Below, piece by piece: positions 11,616 through 23,949 of a DNA stretch of 64,000 nt. Made by a program: the position numbers and the translations under genes. The notes beneath the pieces were generated by a model. The model was not told the origin of the DNA, did not search any database, and saw only the letters and a program-made list of their open reading frames with translations. Origin of the DNA: Geosiphon pyriformis uo1 (taxonomy: Eukaryota; Fungi; Glomeromycota); NCBI GenBank assembly GCA_016748015.1, contig JAAOMT010000512.1, forward strand, positions 1,498,893-1,562,892, written 5' to 3'. Positions within the stretch are counted from its first letter, which is position 1; each line of letters begins with the position of its first letter.

Positions 11616-14600
11616 TTATACAGCTATGTAAACTAAAACTGAATTACCTATACCTGAAAAAAACAAACAGAGTTTGCAAAAGCCAAACTGAATACCAAAA
11701 GCATTAGTAACACCAAGCAATTTGACCACTTCAGCAGAAAACCTTGAAGCCAAACCAGAAACTGAAATAATAGCCAAACTATCAAGGAAAATTAACCCAT
11801 TCTTTTCTATATAAGCTCAATGTTTAGTATGAACTGACCAAACTTCTTCTCTAAAAGCTAGACCAAAAGAGTATACAAACTTGACAACCTTCAAACCAGC
11901 AATCTTAGAATCATGGAAGATGGAAACAGCTTCATGATACCAACCACTAAAAATGAAACCCTTATAAAGAGCTATAAATACAGGGAAATCAGAACCACAG
12001 GATGACAGCAGCTGCAAAACACCAGAAGAAGAATGAGATAAGCTGGAAACCATTTTTTAGGAGTCCACATGAGATTCCAGTATCCAATGTCGAACAGATC
12101 TATCAATCCTACAAGAAAACACATGATCTGGCATCTCAATGTCACCACAATATAAGCACAGCACACCAAAATAAAGTCTATTATAAAGACACTTCTGTAC
12201 AGCAACCAGCAGTTAATGGTGCAAAGCTTTCATAAAATATGTATGTGTATTAGCCAAGAGTCTGCTGGTAAAACCAACAGTCATGTGTGAATCAGGATAT
12301 TACACCAAAAATAAATAAAGCCAATCAACTTCAAAAATTAAACTGCCCATCAAAAACTTGGAACCAAACCCAACCTCCCAATGTGCATGACAAACAGAAC
12401 AATAAATATCATGCACAAAATATTTAGAATTGCCAGAAATAACACTACCATCAGCCACTATAAAGCATTCATCCAAGCAAGAAGAAAGACACCAACCAAA
12501 AAGAGAAACAGCTTTGGCAATCATGTCAGCATGTTCATTTCCTGAAATGCCAGAGTAACTCTTCACCTTGTGCCAACTAATCCTTAAATTCTTACTATAA
12601 ATAATATTAACAATATGTCAACACTTAACCCAGCACTTATTGTGAAAGTCAGGACACACCAGACCCAATTCCAACTTACAAGCATCCAAAGCAGATTGAC
12701 TATCTAAAAACAAGTAAACAGAATTAAACATGGGAACATACTTCAAGGCCAATACAATAGCCTGTAATTCTGCCATAGTTGACAACATCAAATCAGATAC
12801 ACCAACCCCCAAACCCAAATTAATGTCCTCAAAAAAAGCAGCAATGCCAGCTTTATAACCAACTGTGTCCAAATTTTTTAGAAACCCATCCATATACACA
12901 AATAAACTACCAGAATTAACCCAAAAAAGATGGTTACAAATAGATGCAAAATTATCAGAGCCAAGAATGCTCTGATGACCAATTCCACTCGAATCTAAGA
13001 GATGAGTAAAAAAGGGAGCTAAACTATTGAGAAATGCCACAGAAATCTTGAACCAATTAGGAACAGGACCATGGAAGTCTAATTTTTTCTGCCATCTGAA
13101 AGTACACCAGTCAAAGACAGCATCATGACAATCCCAAAGTTGATCCACAAAAGCCACACCATATTAATGGAGAGAAAGAAGAAACTTGAGAAATCTAGAC
13201 TCACCCAGAACAGCAGACATAGGAGTCTCACTATAAAATCAGAAAGAATTGGCCAAAAAGCCACCCAGGGACAGATTGCAATCAAGAAAAATATGAACCA
13301 TGTCTGTCAGAAAGTTATTTGAAGCACTAACACACACAGACAGAAGAACTCAACAGATAAACAAGACACTAACACCAAACTTGTAAGTTATAAAACCTGT
13401 AAGAAAACAAGTGACCTAAAACTCCATTAGAGTTCACAAAATTAACTAAAAAAGCAACTTTACTCTCAGACTAAATCTGTAAAAAAGATTTCAAACCATA
13501 AAAGGAAGGATGGTGAATTGTATTACTAGGAAAGTTGAGTAGTAGACCAGATTTAAGCTTTAAGCTTTTGTGAATCAGAGCATTCCACTTGTTACACATA
13601 TCAATAAAAACAAAGCTGAATTGTGTTCTATAACTAACTATAGGATGGAGAATTACTAATACCAGATACAAGAGCTGTTTATCTGAGATAGCCTTTCTTA
13701 GAACCAGATTGGTGAAAAAACAAATGTCTGAATTTATCTTAGCCAAACTAGGCCTTGAAAAACTTTCAGTTGAAAGAAAAATACTTAAATACTGATAAAA
13801 TTCACCCTTTTTGGCAATGGAGATTAATGATTCACTAATGGAAAGAGAAAAATTACTGGCTTTGCTGTTGATAAGAATGGCCACTGTCTTGTTATTATTA
13901 ATAAAAATATCATTAATTCAAAAGAAATTACTAGCAATATTGAGAATGTGTTGAGTAGCTTTCAGACTGCTACCAATTCAAATTGTATTATCAACAAAAG
14001 TGCCAGCAGCAAAAAAAGAAAAAAGCCCAGTCTGAGTTTTAGTACAACTGCTTTTGGAAATAAAATGAAAATTCAATCTATATTTATATACACTCTTTTG
14101 ACGCTTGACTTCACACAATAAAGGGTTATAAAATATGTGCTACAGAAGGTGAGAAAACACCTCTTTTTGGTCCAGACATTCATGCACATGATAACCACTT
14201 GTTAAACCAAAATCTGTTATAATTCTGTTGGTGTGATCTCTCTGAATACCACCAAAGAAACAAATAAACTTGCTGCACATTTTGATCCTAACCAAACTTT
14301 TTTCAAGATGCTTCCAGCCAACCAAATTGTATGTTTTTTACATGTTTTGTAAAACCAGCCAAAGCTCTTGGTTCTTTTTCAAAGCATTCTTAATAACTAA
14401 ACCAATAGCAAAAATAGAAGACTGAATTGATGTACTCTTCAAAACCAAAAAATTGTCCCCATGAAGAACATCAAAAGTGCTGTATGTCACAGAAATCCTT
14501 TTAGAGAGAATCTTAGAAAGAATCTTATGAGCTGTTTTGATTAAAGCAATAGAATGGGTATTTGTTAGAACACCTTTTCACTCATATGGTTTGGGAATTA

Positions 14601-16300
14601 TTGAGACCCAAGCCTCCTTCCAAGAGCTGGACACTGATTCACTAGACAAACAGGAGTTCAAAAGCACCAAAAACATATCCAAGACTGACTTATCATAATG
14701 TTTTCAAAGCTCATTTAACACACCTAAGAGACCAGCAGCTTTGCTATCAGACAGAACAGAAACCACTCCAACCAATTTATTAAATTTAATTGAATCCATA
14801 ATACCAGAAAAAGTCTCATTAAAAACATACTCTAATGGTTGATATTGGCAGTGCCATTCATCAGAAATATCATCCACCACTCCGCACTTCCTAGTCCAAC
14901 TTTCTATAATTACATCCATCTTAGACTTAACCAAATTAGGTTCCAGAATTAGTTCATTATCAACCACCAGATAATCAAGTACCACTTTGCGAAAGGGACA
15001 TTCCAGCACATTTCTAATCATATGACCCTTATTAATCTTGAAGTTCTCCATCCTTCTATTAATAGCTGATCTGATGTTTGCCTTCTTAGCCTTCAGAGAA
15101 TTAACAAGCTTAGCAGTGCAATAAAACTTTCTAGCACCAAAAAAAACAGAATGGACACAATTAAATCTAGCACCAGAGTTTACAATATCCTAAATGACTA
15201 AAGTCTTAACATTGTCCAAAAAATCCAGTATCTCATAAGAAAATCAAAATTCACAATACTTTTCTTACAAAAGATCCTGACAATCCTAGAAACCAAGAGC
15301 TCTAACTTGTAAAATTTCGAAGATTTCTTGGTGAAAACATCATCAAAGTTCTTGAATTATTTCTTCTTAAACACTCATTAGCTAAAAGAACTATTATCTT
15401 GTGAATGATATCTCACATTACATCCAAATCTGAAAATCTTACAGAGGTGACAAACTCATTTAAGAACATCACAGCATTGGCTGATGTAGCACCTTTGAAA
15501 ATGTTCTATTTGGTCTCATCAGTACTTTTGAACTCGAACTTTTACTGATCGCTATTTATTTGCTTGTGAAGAAAATTCAACTGCACATCCAAAAGTCCAC
15601 CCAAACTCACCAACATAAAAACAGCCCAATAATCAGTATCAAAAAATTCACTAACATTAGACACCTCATAATTCACCACAGCATTGACCAAGTTTGAAGA
15701 AATGAACAAGAAATCAATAGTCTTAACCATGTCCCAAGAGTTAGCCCAAGTGGGTGTTTTGACATAAAAACTTCTACCCAAAGAATTAACCAAACCAAGA
15801 TCTAAACACTTTTTAAAACTAGCACACCTTTAGGAGCCATCTTCATTGAAGTCACCATTCAAAACTACAAATGAGGATTTATTAACTGCTTTTGCTATTA
15901 TAAAATTAATATCATTAGTCTAAAAGAAATGAACAGCCAGAGATGTCCCAGCATAAAGCCCCAAAATTAACACAGAAAGTTTATTTTTGAATAACAGCTT
16001 GACTAAAAAGAGCTGACCAAGCACTTCAAAAATCTTACAAACATAATGAGCTAGAAAAGTGTTCATAATAATTACAACTTCAGTACCAAGAAAACTCTTG
16101 TCCAAACCAGATAAAAAAACCCTAACTTCATTGAACTTATCCCTAATCCAAGACCTATTGCCAGATCTCAGCTTCATCTCTGTAATTATTAAAACCAAAT
16201 TTTCAAAATCTCTATGCCAACAAATAATGTCCTCTTGCTTGGCAGGGACATTGATACCTTGAACATTACACATTGCAAATTTTCACATGAAGTCACTTAT
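11616..16300 (-). pseudogene. LINE B ORF2 (APE endonuclease, RT, RNase H, Cys finger)
   Basis: Collinear ORF fragments from 15920-16273 down to 11817-12053 carrying EN, RT and RH motifs. Confidence 0.88.
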
Positions 16301-18263
16301 TGGGGAGTAAAAGAAGTTGACAAACCCAAGCCAAAGCACAAACAATCTAATCTTTTCAAAACAGATCCAACTGATACCTCCAAAGCCATCATCTTAGATT
16401 CTAATCTACCCACCTTGATGGTCAAAACTTTAGAACTACTTAAAGTAAAATTAGCAACTGAGTCTGTAACAACAACCAAAAGAGAGGGAGGAGAAGATAC
16501 CAGTATATTATCCAGAGCCATTTTTAAGTCCAAATTAGATGTAACAGGTGCAAGGACAACCAAAGAAGAGACATGTGATTTGAATGCCAGAGGCACCAAT
16601 TTCACAAAGCTCAATTTTTTCATAATAACTGAAACCTGATTCATTAAGAGCTTTAAAGAGCATTTCAAAGAAGCCAATCAATCAACCAAACAGAAATCAC
16701 CAAGGAAAATAGAAACCAATGAGACAGGTTTTGCATCTAAAAATGAACCAGTACCAAGAAAATCCGATAAAATCACATAAGAAAAAGCACTACCAGCAAC
16801 TTAGACCCAAGTTTTTTCACTGAAAGAAACTGGATGTACAATTGGCACCTGTTTCTTCTTATATATGTTGGCCAAATAGACCTGATCCTGAGGAGTTACC
16901 ACCTGCTTACTATGAACACCAGAATTCTTATCCAATAAACACCCTGTAAAGATATGACCAAACTGTTTGCAATAAGCACAATGAGCCAATAAAAGGCCAG
17001 CCCAGCACAAATTCACACTCTTAAACACCAAAGTAGAACCAATAACAGCCAATTTAGATGCCTTATCAACAAAATACATGATCACACATCTATTACGCAC
17101 ATATGAACTGGAATTACAGCCAATAAACAAGTCTTCCCACCATATGATTCCAACAAATCAGAAAGATCATGAGCCGTAGTACCAACTAGAAGAGTATAAA
17201 GCAATGCCTGATGTAAATCCCTGGAAATCCACAATTGTTTATCATCAATAGCTTTTGTTACATGAACAGAATTTTTTTCCATGAAAACAGACCATCTAGC
17301 TGCAACCAAATCAGCTATTTCAGATAACTCAAACTTCACTAAAGCTTTTTGTCACAGACCAATCAGTTGTATCTTAATTGATACAATCTTCTCAAACTTA
17401 GAAAAAATAGATTCTACAGCTGATTTGAGAAGATCAACTGGAATCTCCTTGATAATTACCTTCTAATCTGAACAGCTATTTACTTTTCTTAAATCATTAT
17501 TAACAATAATTTTCTCACGAATTGCCAATTCTTTTGTCTTATTCATACTAAACTCAGATATAAATGAAGCTTTGATGATTTCTGGAAATTTTGAAGGAGT
17601 CAACACCCCCTTAAAACCATCAATTTGATAGAAAATTTTTTTGATTGCAATTAACTTATCACTATTCATTTTTCCAGGCACAGCAGACAATTCAACATCC
17701 AATGTAAACAATTTGACTGGTTCAAAGCTATATTTCTCCAGGACATGTGACTTAACAAATGACAGCTGATTGAAGTCATTAAACTTTGGAGATGAAAGAT
17801 CCAGTACACTTTCATTATCGCTCATAGTGTCAAATGTTAGAGCTTTTGGAGGGTTGTCCAACATGTACATTCAGGTGCGAGTTTGTTTCGGCATAGCATC
17901 ATTAATATTATTATTTTCATCTGATTCAGCATAGCTCATTTCCTTGGCAACTGTGTTTGCCATATTCTCAACATCCAAAAAACCACTTATATTGCTAGCA
18001 ACACTTCCAACTTCACTTCTCCAGAATACAATAGGCTTATTGCCAGAAATGCCAATATCTTTCAATGCCAGAGAGCCAATAGATAAGTCAACCAAAACAC
18101 CACCAGCATTGGGTTTTTTTGGCTTCTTATATGATGCAATACAAGGGTAGACACTTTCCATATGCTTCTTTTTGGTGTTTAAGTGAGTCCCCAAACCAGC
18201 CAAACCTAAAATAGAGCCACTAGCAGAAGAGCCTACCAGTTCTATGACAACAAAGACAGGCAT
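16297..18263 (-). pseudogene. LINE B ORF1 (RRM-like plus CCHC nucleic-acid chaperone)
   Basis: Collinear ORF fragments 17871-18338, 17463-17870, 17082-17339, 16801-17130, 16297-16677. Confidence 0.85.
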
Positions 18264-19597
18264 ATTAGAAGAAATAATTATAAAAAGGTGAAAGAAAAAG
18301 AAAAAAGAGTTTGTTAATTCTTCAATAAATCTTTGCATTCATCATGGTCAGAGGATTAACAAGAAAAAAATTGTTTATTTATAACAATATTCAATTAAAT
18401 TATTGTTTATATTATAAATATCTAAAATAAACTTTGCATTTATTTTTAAATAAACTAAAATTTTTAAATAAACCAGTTATCAAATTAAAAATACACTTAA
18501 TTTAATTTTTTAAAAAGTAAATCAAATCTTTATTTTGATAATAAAATATATTTTAATAATTAAAAAAATTATTAAATTCAATTTTTTTAATTACAAATTT
18601 ATAACTTTAATTTTAGTAGTTTTAATTTAGTTTTGTATATTTTATTATTAATAATATAAAAAATTTGAAAAACAACAACTTTAACATAAATATTAAATTA
18701 GTAAATTAGTTTATTATTAATATTGGTATTAGTTATTTTTGGTTTTTTGGCTATTTAAAAAGTAAAAATAGTAATAATAATAATTGTAAAAAATATCAAA
18801 AAAAATAAAAACTTTTATATAAATTTAAAAAAATAATTTTTTTAAATGTTTTATAAAATAAATCCCAATTAAAATGTTTTTATAATATCTTTTAATTGTT
18901 TTTATTATGAAGAAAACTTTTTTGGTTGTTGTTTTTTTAAATATATTAACAAAAATAGTAGTTGTTTTTTTTGTTTTGGTTGTAAACATAAGATTTATAA
19001 AATTAAAAAACAAAAAAAGATATTAATTATATTTATTTAAATTTAAAGTTTTTGTTATTATTTTTATTTTAGATAAATTAAAATATTTTACATTTAATTT
19101 TAACTTAATTTAATTCATAAATTGTTATTTTAAGTTATATTAAAATAAACAATTACAAATATTTTAATTTTAATAATATAATAATTATTCAATTAAAAAT
19201 TGTTAAACATAGTAAAATAATGCAAATAGTAAAGATATCATTTTTGAAATTTGTGAATAAAAACAGTTGTTAGTAGTTTTTTATAAAATTGCAGTTAAAT
19301 AAATCATAGTTTTTATTAAAAAAACGCAGTTTGATGTATAGCAAAATGGTGTTAACGTTTAAGTTAGCAAGAGGGTTAAAGATAGTGAAGGAGATAAGTA
19401 TGGAATTCAGAAAAAAAAAGTATAAGTCGATTAGACCAGAAAGGTGGAATTTATTTGTTGCAGTAGATGATGATAGGAAAAGGTAGCTGTGGGAAAGAGA
19501 TGTGGGAAAAAAGAATATAGATATATGGGAAAGCAGAAGTGATGAATAAAGAGGGTAAGTATTAATAGTAAATTTCATTAATTATAAAAAAAGATCA

Positions 19598-19997
19598 TTG
19601 ACTAATCAGGATTTCATGCAGAATCCAAACATTCTTCGTCTTGTTAATAATATCCCGACTTCTTGTGTTTCTTCCAAGATTGCCTTCCAATACCATTTCG
19701 ATAATTACGTCAGTAAACAAAAGACTCTCTCTATTTTGTCTCGTCGAATCCTTTGCACGGATTGGGACTGGTATGATTCAAATGTCGTTGTTACCTTGAG
19801 AGCTGGTCGTTTCTTCTCTTCTTCTCGTGGACACGCTTAAGCAGCTATATCGCGAATTGAAGAGAACATGCAAGATATGTCAAATGGCTTTTTACCGTTT
19901 CTTATTTCTATTTTTTGTTATTCATGTATTTTACTTTGTAGATTTGTTCCAATTATTAAGGATGTTTTGAAAATCCTTAACAAATATGTGCTTTGAA
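19598..19997 (+). pseudogene. Possible gene fragment of unknown origin
   Basis: CpG-retaining, coding-like 80-aa ORF (RILCTDWDWYDSNVVVTLR) with a pyrimidine tract plus TAG acceptor at ~19941; no convincing full gene model. Confidence 0.25.
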
Positions 19998-20522
19998 GGT
20001 TTGCTGAAGTGCTTGTATAACTCTTTGAAATCGGGATATTAATGCTGGAAAAATATTAGGATTATCTAAATATATGTGTAATAATGGTGGATGTGATGAT
20101 TTTACTAAAAATTAGGCTGGTTGCCTGCCTGAGAGAGCAATGGCGAAGCTGTGGTCTTCCCGCATATATATTTATGTACAGGCCAAGGCTGCTATCACGT
20201 GAAAGCGACACTAGTTTTGGGTAGTTTAATAAGCAAGCCCACGAGCAAAAATGTGAGGCTTTACGTGAAGAAAATGACAAGCTGTTATTTCAGGGGTAGG
20301 GCTTTGGTGAAAAGATATAAATTTTCCCAACTTCTCTACCCGTCGAAAATACAATAAAACAAGGCTTTCCTCTCTCTAATATATATGCGTTATAAATTGC
20401 TATAATTGATCAATTTTCAAGTTCACAAGAAATAGACTTGGTTTTTATAATTCCGAGTTTTTCGCCTTTACACGTTCAATTATTATAATATAAAAGTTAG
20501 TTACTTTGGAAATATTAAAGCT

Positions 20523-22059
20523 ATGGGCCAAAAAATGAGTACCACGGGTCAGAGTAAAACACTTAAACCACGACTACGAGGGCGTTTGAAGCCTTCCAAG
20601 AATGCGGTCGGTCACGTTGGTCCTGAAGACCCTAATGGAAAGCCAGTTTTTCTTTTTAGTGCCTATGCTGATTCTAGTCTGGTAAGTTTGAAGGAGACTA
20701 AAAATCTTTGGATCAGGTTAAAAAGAAGAAAAGAATTAGAAAGTGGAAAGTAAATTATGACTTCAAATTAATACGTGAATTTTTAACTGGGGATTTTTTT
20801 GATTTGCCGCGATTAATAGCACCAAATAATTCAACGAGCAACAAAGATCGAAGGAGTCCGTGTTTGGTATGAAGAAGGTAAGAAAAAATCTAATATTTAG
20901 GTTAGCACATAACTATGGTACAATCGTATATACATTCATATTTTGATCCTTACGCATTTTCTATCGTTAAGAATACATATCAAAAATCCCTCAATTCATT
21001 TATGTGACAACTGAACAATTTCAACTAAGATTTTTTGTGAGCGCGCTCACTTGTCGGCCGGTAAGGAATTGGTGAAAATTTTCCTTTTAGCGACAAACCA
21101 ATTTCTGATCTTGGTTTTTTTCAAATAAAACATGCTTCTGTATACCCTTTTTGATTCTATAACTTTTAGTTGACGATGTTCTTTTATGATCATTTCAAAT
21201 TTGGAACTGATCACCAAACGTCTCCAGCAACGCAAGCCCAATCTTCAAATTGTAACCCTCCACATTTTATTTATTACATGGATGGAAATACTAATTTGTA
21301 AGTTTTAGCCTGGAATTCTATCCTTCAAAATATTTGATTTTCATTTAAATTTTTAACTATTTTGTAGGGTAAAATCTTATATAGCAAATCGAGACCGATA
21401 TCGATCAGATCCAGAAAATTTATCTCCCTATGCCAAAGAATTTCTATTTCAATTATCTGATATTCAATTTTGTGTAAGTTTAAATCTCTGAATTTCATCA
21501 ATTTAAAATTCTTTAATCTTGCTCAATATTTCAAAACCATTTTCAGCTTCATCAAACTATAAACTTGGAAAAATTAGTACATAACAACATCCCAGCTGCA
21601 ATTACCATTCTCGTCAACAATCCACATCCGGCATTCACCCAATCCTACGTTCTCGATTTACTAGGTTTACAAAAATATCAATCTCGTAACAATTTGGTTC
21701 GAATCATGGCAATTAATAAAGAATCGCCGAAATTTGATTTGGTCAATCTCATCTCGATCATTGGTAATGATCGAATAAATGGTAACGAGCTTCGTAATGT
21801 CGATGACGACGAGGAGTCGGACTTACTTGGAGATTTGGGACATTGGTTACCTGATGATAATATTCATCTAGAAAATGCTGGTGAATTATACCCGGAGGTG
21901 GCTAAAGGAATGGAATGTTATATGTGGCGAGTGAAGCAAACGTTACCAAAGTTGCAGGCTCGTCCATATCATTGGATTGAACCATTATCAGTCGGAATCA
22001 GTAATCGACCAAAGAAGACAAGGTGTCCTCTATTATGGAGTCCATGGAGAAAAAAGTGA
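20523..22059 (+). CDS. 6-exon hypothetical protein, 350 aa, N-myristoylation motif, possible Arf-like pseudo-GTPase. Exons 20523-20681, 20820-20877, 20972-21060, 21170-21297, 21368-21473, 21547-22059
   Basis: All five introns are GTAAG...AG and their phases give one stop-free frame of 1053 nt; starts MGQKMS (MGxxxS); CpG retained. The Arf-like call is by-eye inference. Confidence 0.85.
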
Positions 22060-22282
22060 TACATGAAAAGGAGATTGTACATAAATTTAAACATTTGATT
22101 GAATACTTGAATTTTGATTTCCATTTTGTAAATATTTCAATAAAAAAATCTTTAGTTTCTAAATTGGGTTTGTGCCAATAAATTTTCTAATTGATAACTT
22201 GGGATAATGGAATTTAATATTTAAAGCTGATATAAATATATAAAATCTATAATAGAGTGCGTTCTTTATTTCTAGTTATAAA

Positions 22283-23099
22283 TTAAATCCAGGGAAAAAT
22301 TGTACCAAAAATTCCACCCACGACCACAATCAAACTGAAGCCAAGATTTTGAGCCCCAAACACGACCAGTCTCGCCGCACTACTGACAATATTAATATCA
22401 GCACATTGATACCAAGTGGTGTTACTTTCGTTTGATTTAAAGATTGCTTGTAAGACGCCGCGTTGACCAATTGTGGCATTAACAGTCGCAAGATCTAGAA
22501 TTGTTCTGAATTGTTTGCCTTCTGTGGCGTCGTTTGATACCGCGATTTGTACGTCTAATGATGATAAAAATGAGTGAGAATGATAGTTCAGAGAATTATA
22601 TGAGGTAATTTTTGTCTTACCACTTCCAATTTTCTTGAACAACAATGTGGCAGCGGTAATGTTACCATCACTGTTGTAATAGTAATCCAATTTTCCATTA
22701 CCGTCTTCGAATAAAACAGTTGCCAAACCCTCTAATTTCGAAAAAAGGATGACATATTGAAAAAGTATCTCAGAATATTAATTTTTCCTTAAACTAAAAA
22801 CCATCTTTTTACGAAATAATGAATTAATTGGCAATGATTTGTTTTTTTAATTTGAGATTGACCAAAATAAAAAAAGACAATTTAATATTTTCCCGTTTAT
22901 GCGTACTCAAAGGGAAACGGGTGCCAGGACCCTGAACATTATATCCACCACATGGAGCTTGGTCAATTGTACTCTCGCTTTGACCGCGTCCCGGGGGTGC
23001 TTGAAAGTGGAAATGGGCATGAGCGGTATTAATTAACAGGCATGGCAGTATTATTACCATTAAAAGGGAAGTAATAGTTTTGCTAGGGTTTGAACGCAT
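22283..23099 (-). CDS. Secreted, likely GPI-anchored BIM1/X325-like (LPMO-like) copper-binding protein, 191 aa. Exons 23099-22907, 22731-22621, 22554-22283
   Basis: Signal peptide ending AHA, then mature N-terminal His (HFHFQAPPGRG...E...PCGG...RFPL); C-terminal WYQCADI, then SSA and a hydrophobic tail; GT-AG introns keep frame. Confidence 0.88.
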
Positions 23100-23949
23100 C
23101 TTTGATTGGATTAGACGAATATGATCAAAAATGAGTACCGTAAAGGTTGAGGAACACATGCTTATATACGAATTGTCATGGACTTTGGCCAATATTAGTA
23201 ATGTGTTGTGTTCCTAGATCGAAATACTTGATTGATCTGTACGAGTTGGATTTGGGCAACAATGTTTTTTCAAAAAAGCGATTGCCAATTTGATTAAATA
23301 GAAATTTGAGCACAAAAAATAAAATAGACATTAATAGTCCCAATTGTTTTTATAGCAATCACGAACATGAGGATAACAAATCCAATTCAAATAATCAGAA
23401 AAATGCTTTTAATAATAATAATTAAAGCCATTGTATTTATTAACACATTTACTGTTCATTTGACTTTAAAATCCTTAATATGTTTTTTAATATTATTTGA
23501 ATAATTAATTTTAAACAATCTCAAGTTTTTTATATTTCTTATATTGTATTTAAAGTAGTTATATCAAGAAATTTTATTAATTTTTTTTTTGTATTTAAAT
23601 TATATTAATAATAAAAGTTTTTAATAGTCAATAAGAATAAATAAACAAAGTTTGAACTAAGAATTAAAATCGCTCTTTTTTGACCAATTTTTTATCAATT
23701 AAGTTATTAGGGTGATAAATGATTGGATTTTTTAATAATAAAAATTTGTACAATTTAATAATTTAATAAAGTTATCAAAAGTAAAATATAACATAAATTG
23801 TATTTATAATCAAAAATATCTGCAATTAATTACAATATAAATAAAAATTTTTAATAAAAATAATTCAACTTTATTTACATTTTTTTTTAATAAAACCAAA
23901 TTATATAATTAAAAATATTTTATTTATTTTTTAATAATAATTAATAAAA

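Larger units (their letters stand above)
11490..18365 (-). mobile_element. LINE B, full-length decayed non-LTR retrotransposon
   Basis: ORF1 (18263-16297) with RRM-like segments and CAYCKQFGHIFTGC; ORF2 with APE endonuclease (CNVQGIN, IDF, DTDY), RT and RNase H (VYMDGFL, STMAELQAI, DSQSAL, SGISGNEHAD); 3' UTR motif and poly(A). Confidence 0.93.

Noticed and set aside
540-18300. Alternative genetic code suggested by in-frame stops at Gln/Trp/Arg positions
   Set aside because: Stops are explained by CAA>TAA, TGG>TAG/TGA and CGA>TGA, differ between copies and co-occur with frameshifts; the two host genes read normally.
18311-18362. SECIS element, C/D snoRNA or hammerhead ribozyme (ATGATGA...AAA...GA)
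   Set aside because: Helix too short for SECIS and located at a 5' end; no box D downstream of ATGATGA; hammerhead core CUGAUGA...GAAA absent.
11470-18390. TSDs for LINE B and LINE C
   Set aside because: Only weak AT-rich matches (AAATTAGAA/AAATTGGAA for C), not distinguishable from chance by eye.
18825-19578. Short Phe/Ile/Lys-rich ORFs (also 24993, 42050, 46709, 52352 and antisense LINE ORFs)
   Set aside because: Compositional artefacts of AT-rich decayed repeats or shadows of TE ORFs.
22824-23192. 122-aa ORF as listed
   Set aside because: Real start is probably ATG 23099 and the frame leaves at the donor at 22906; the rest is UTR or intron. Likewise ORF 20523-20753 reads into intron 1.
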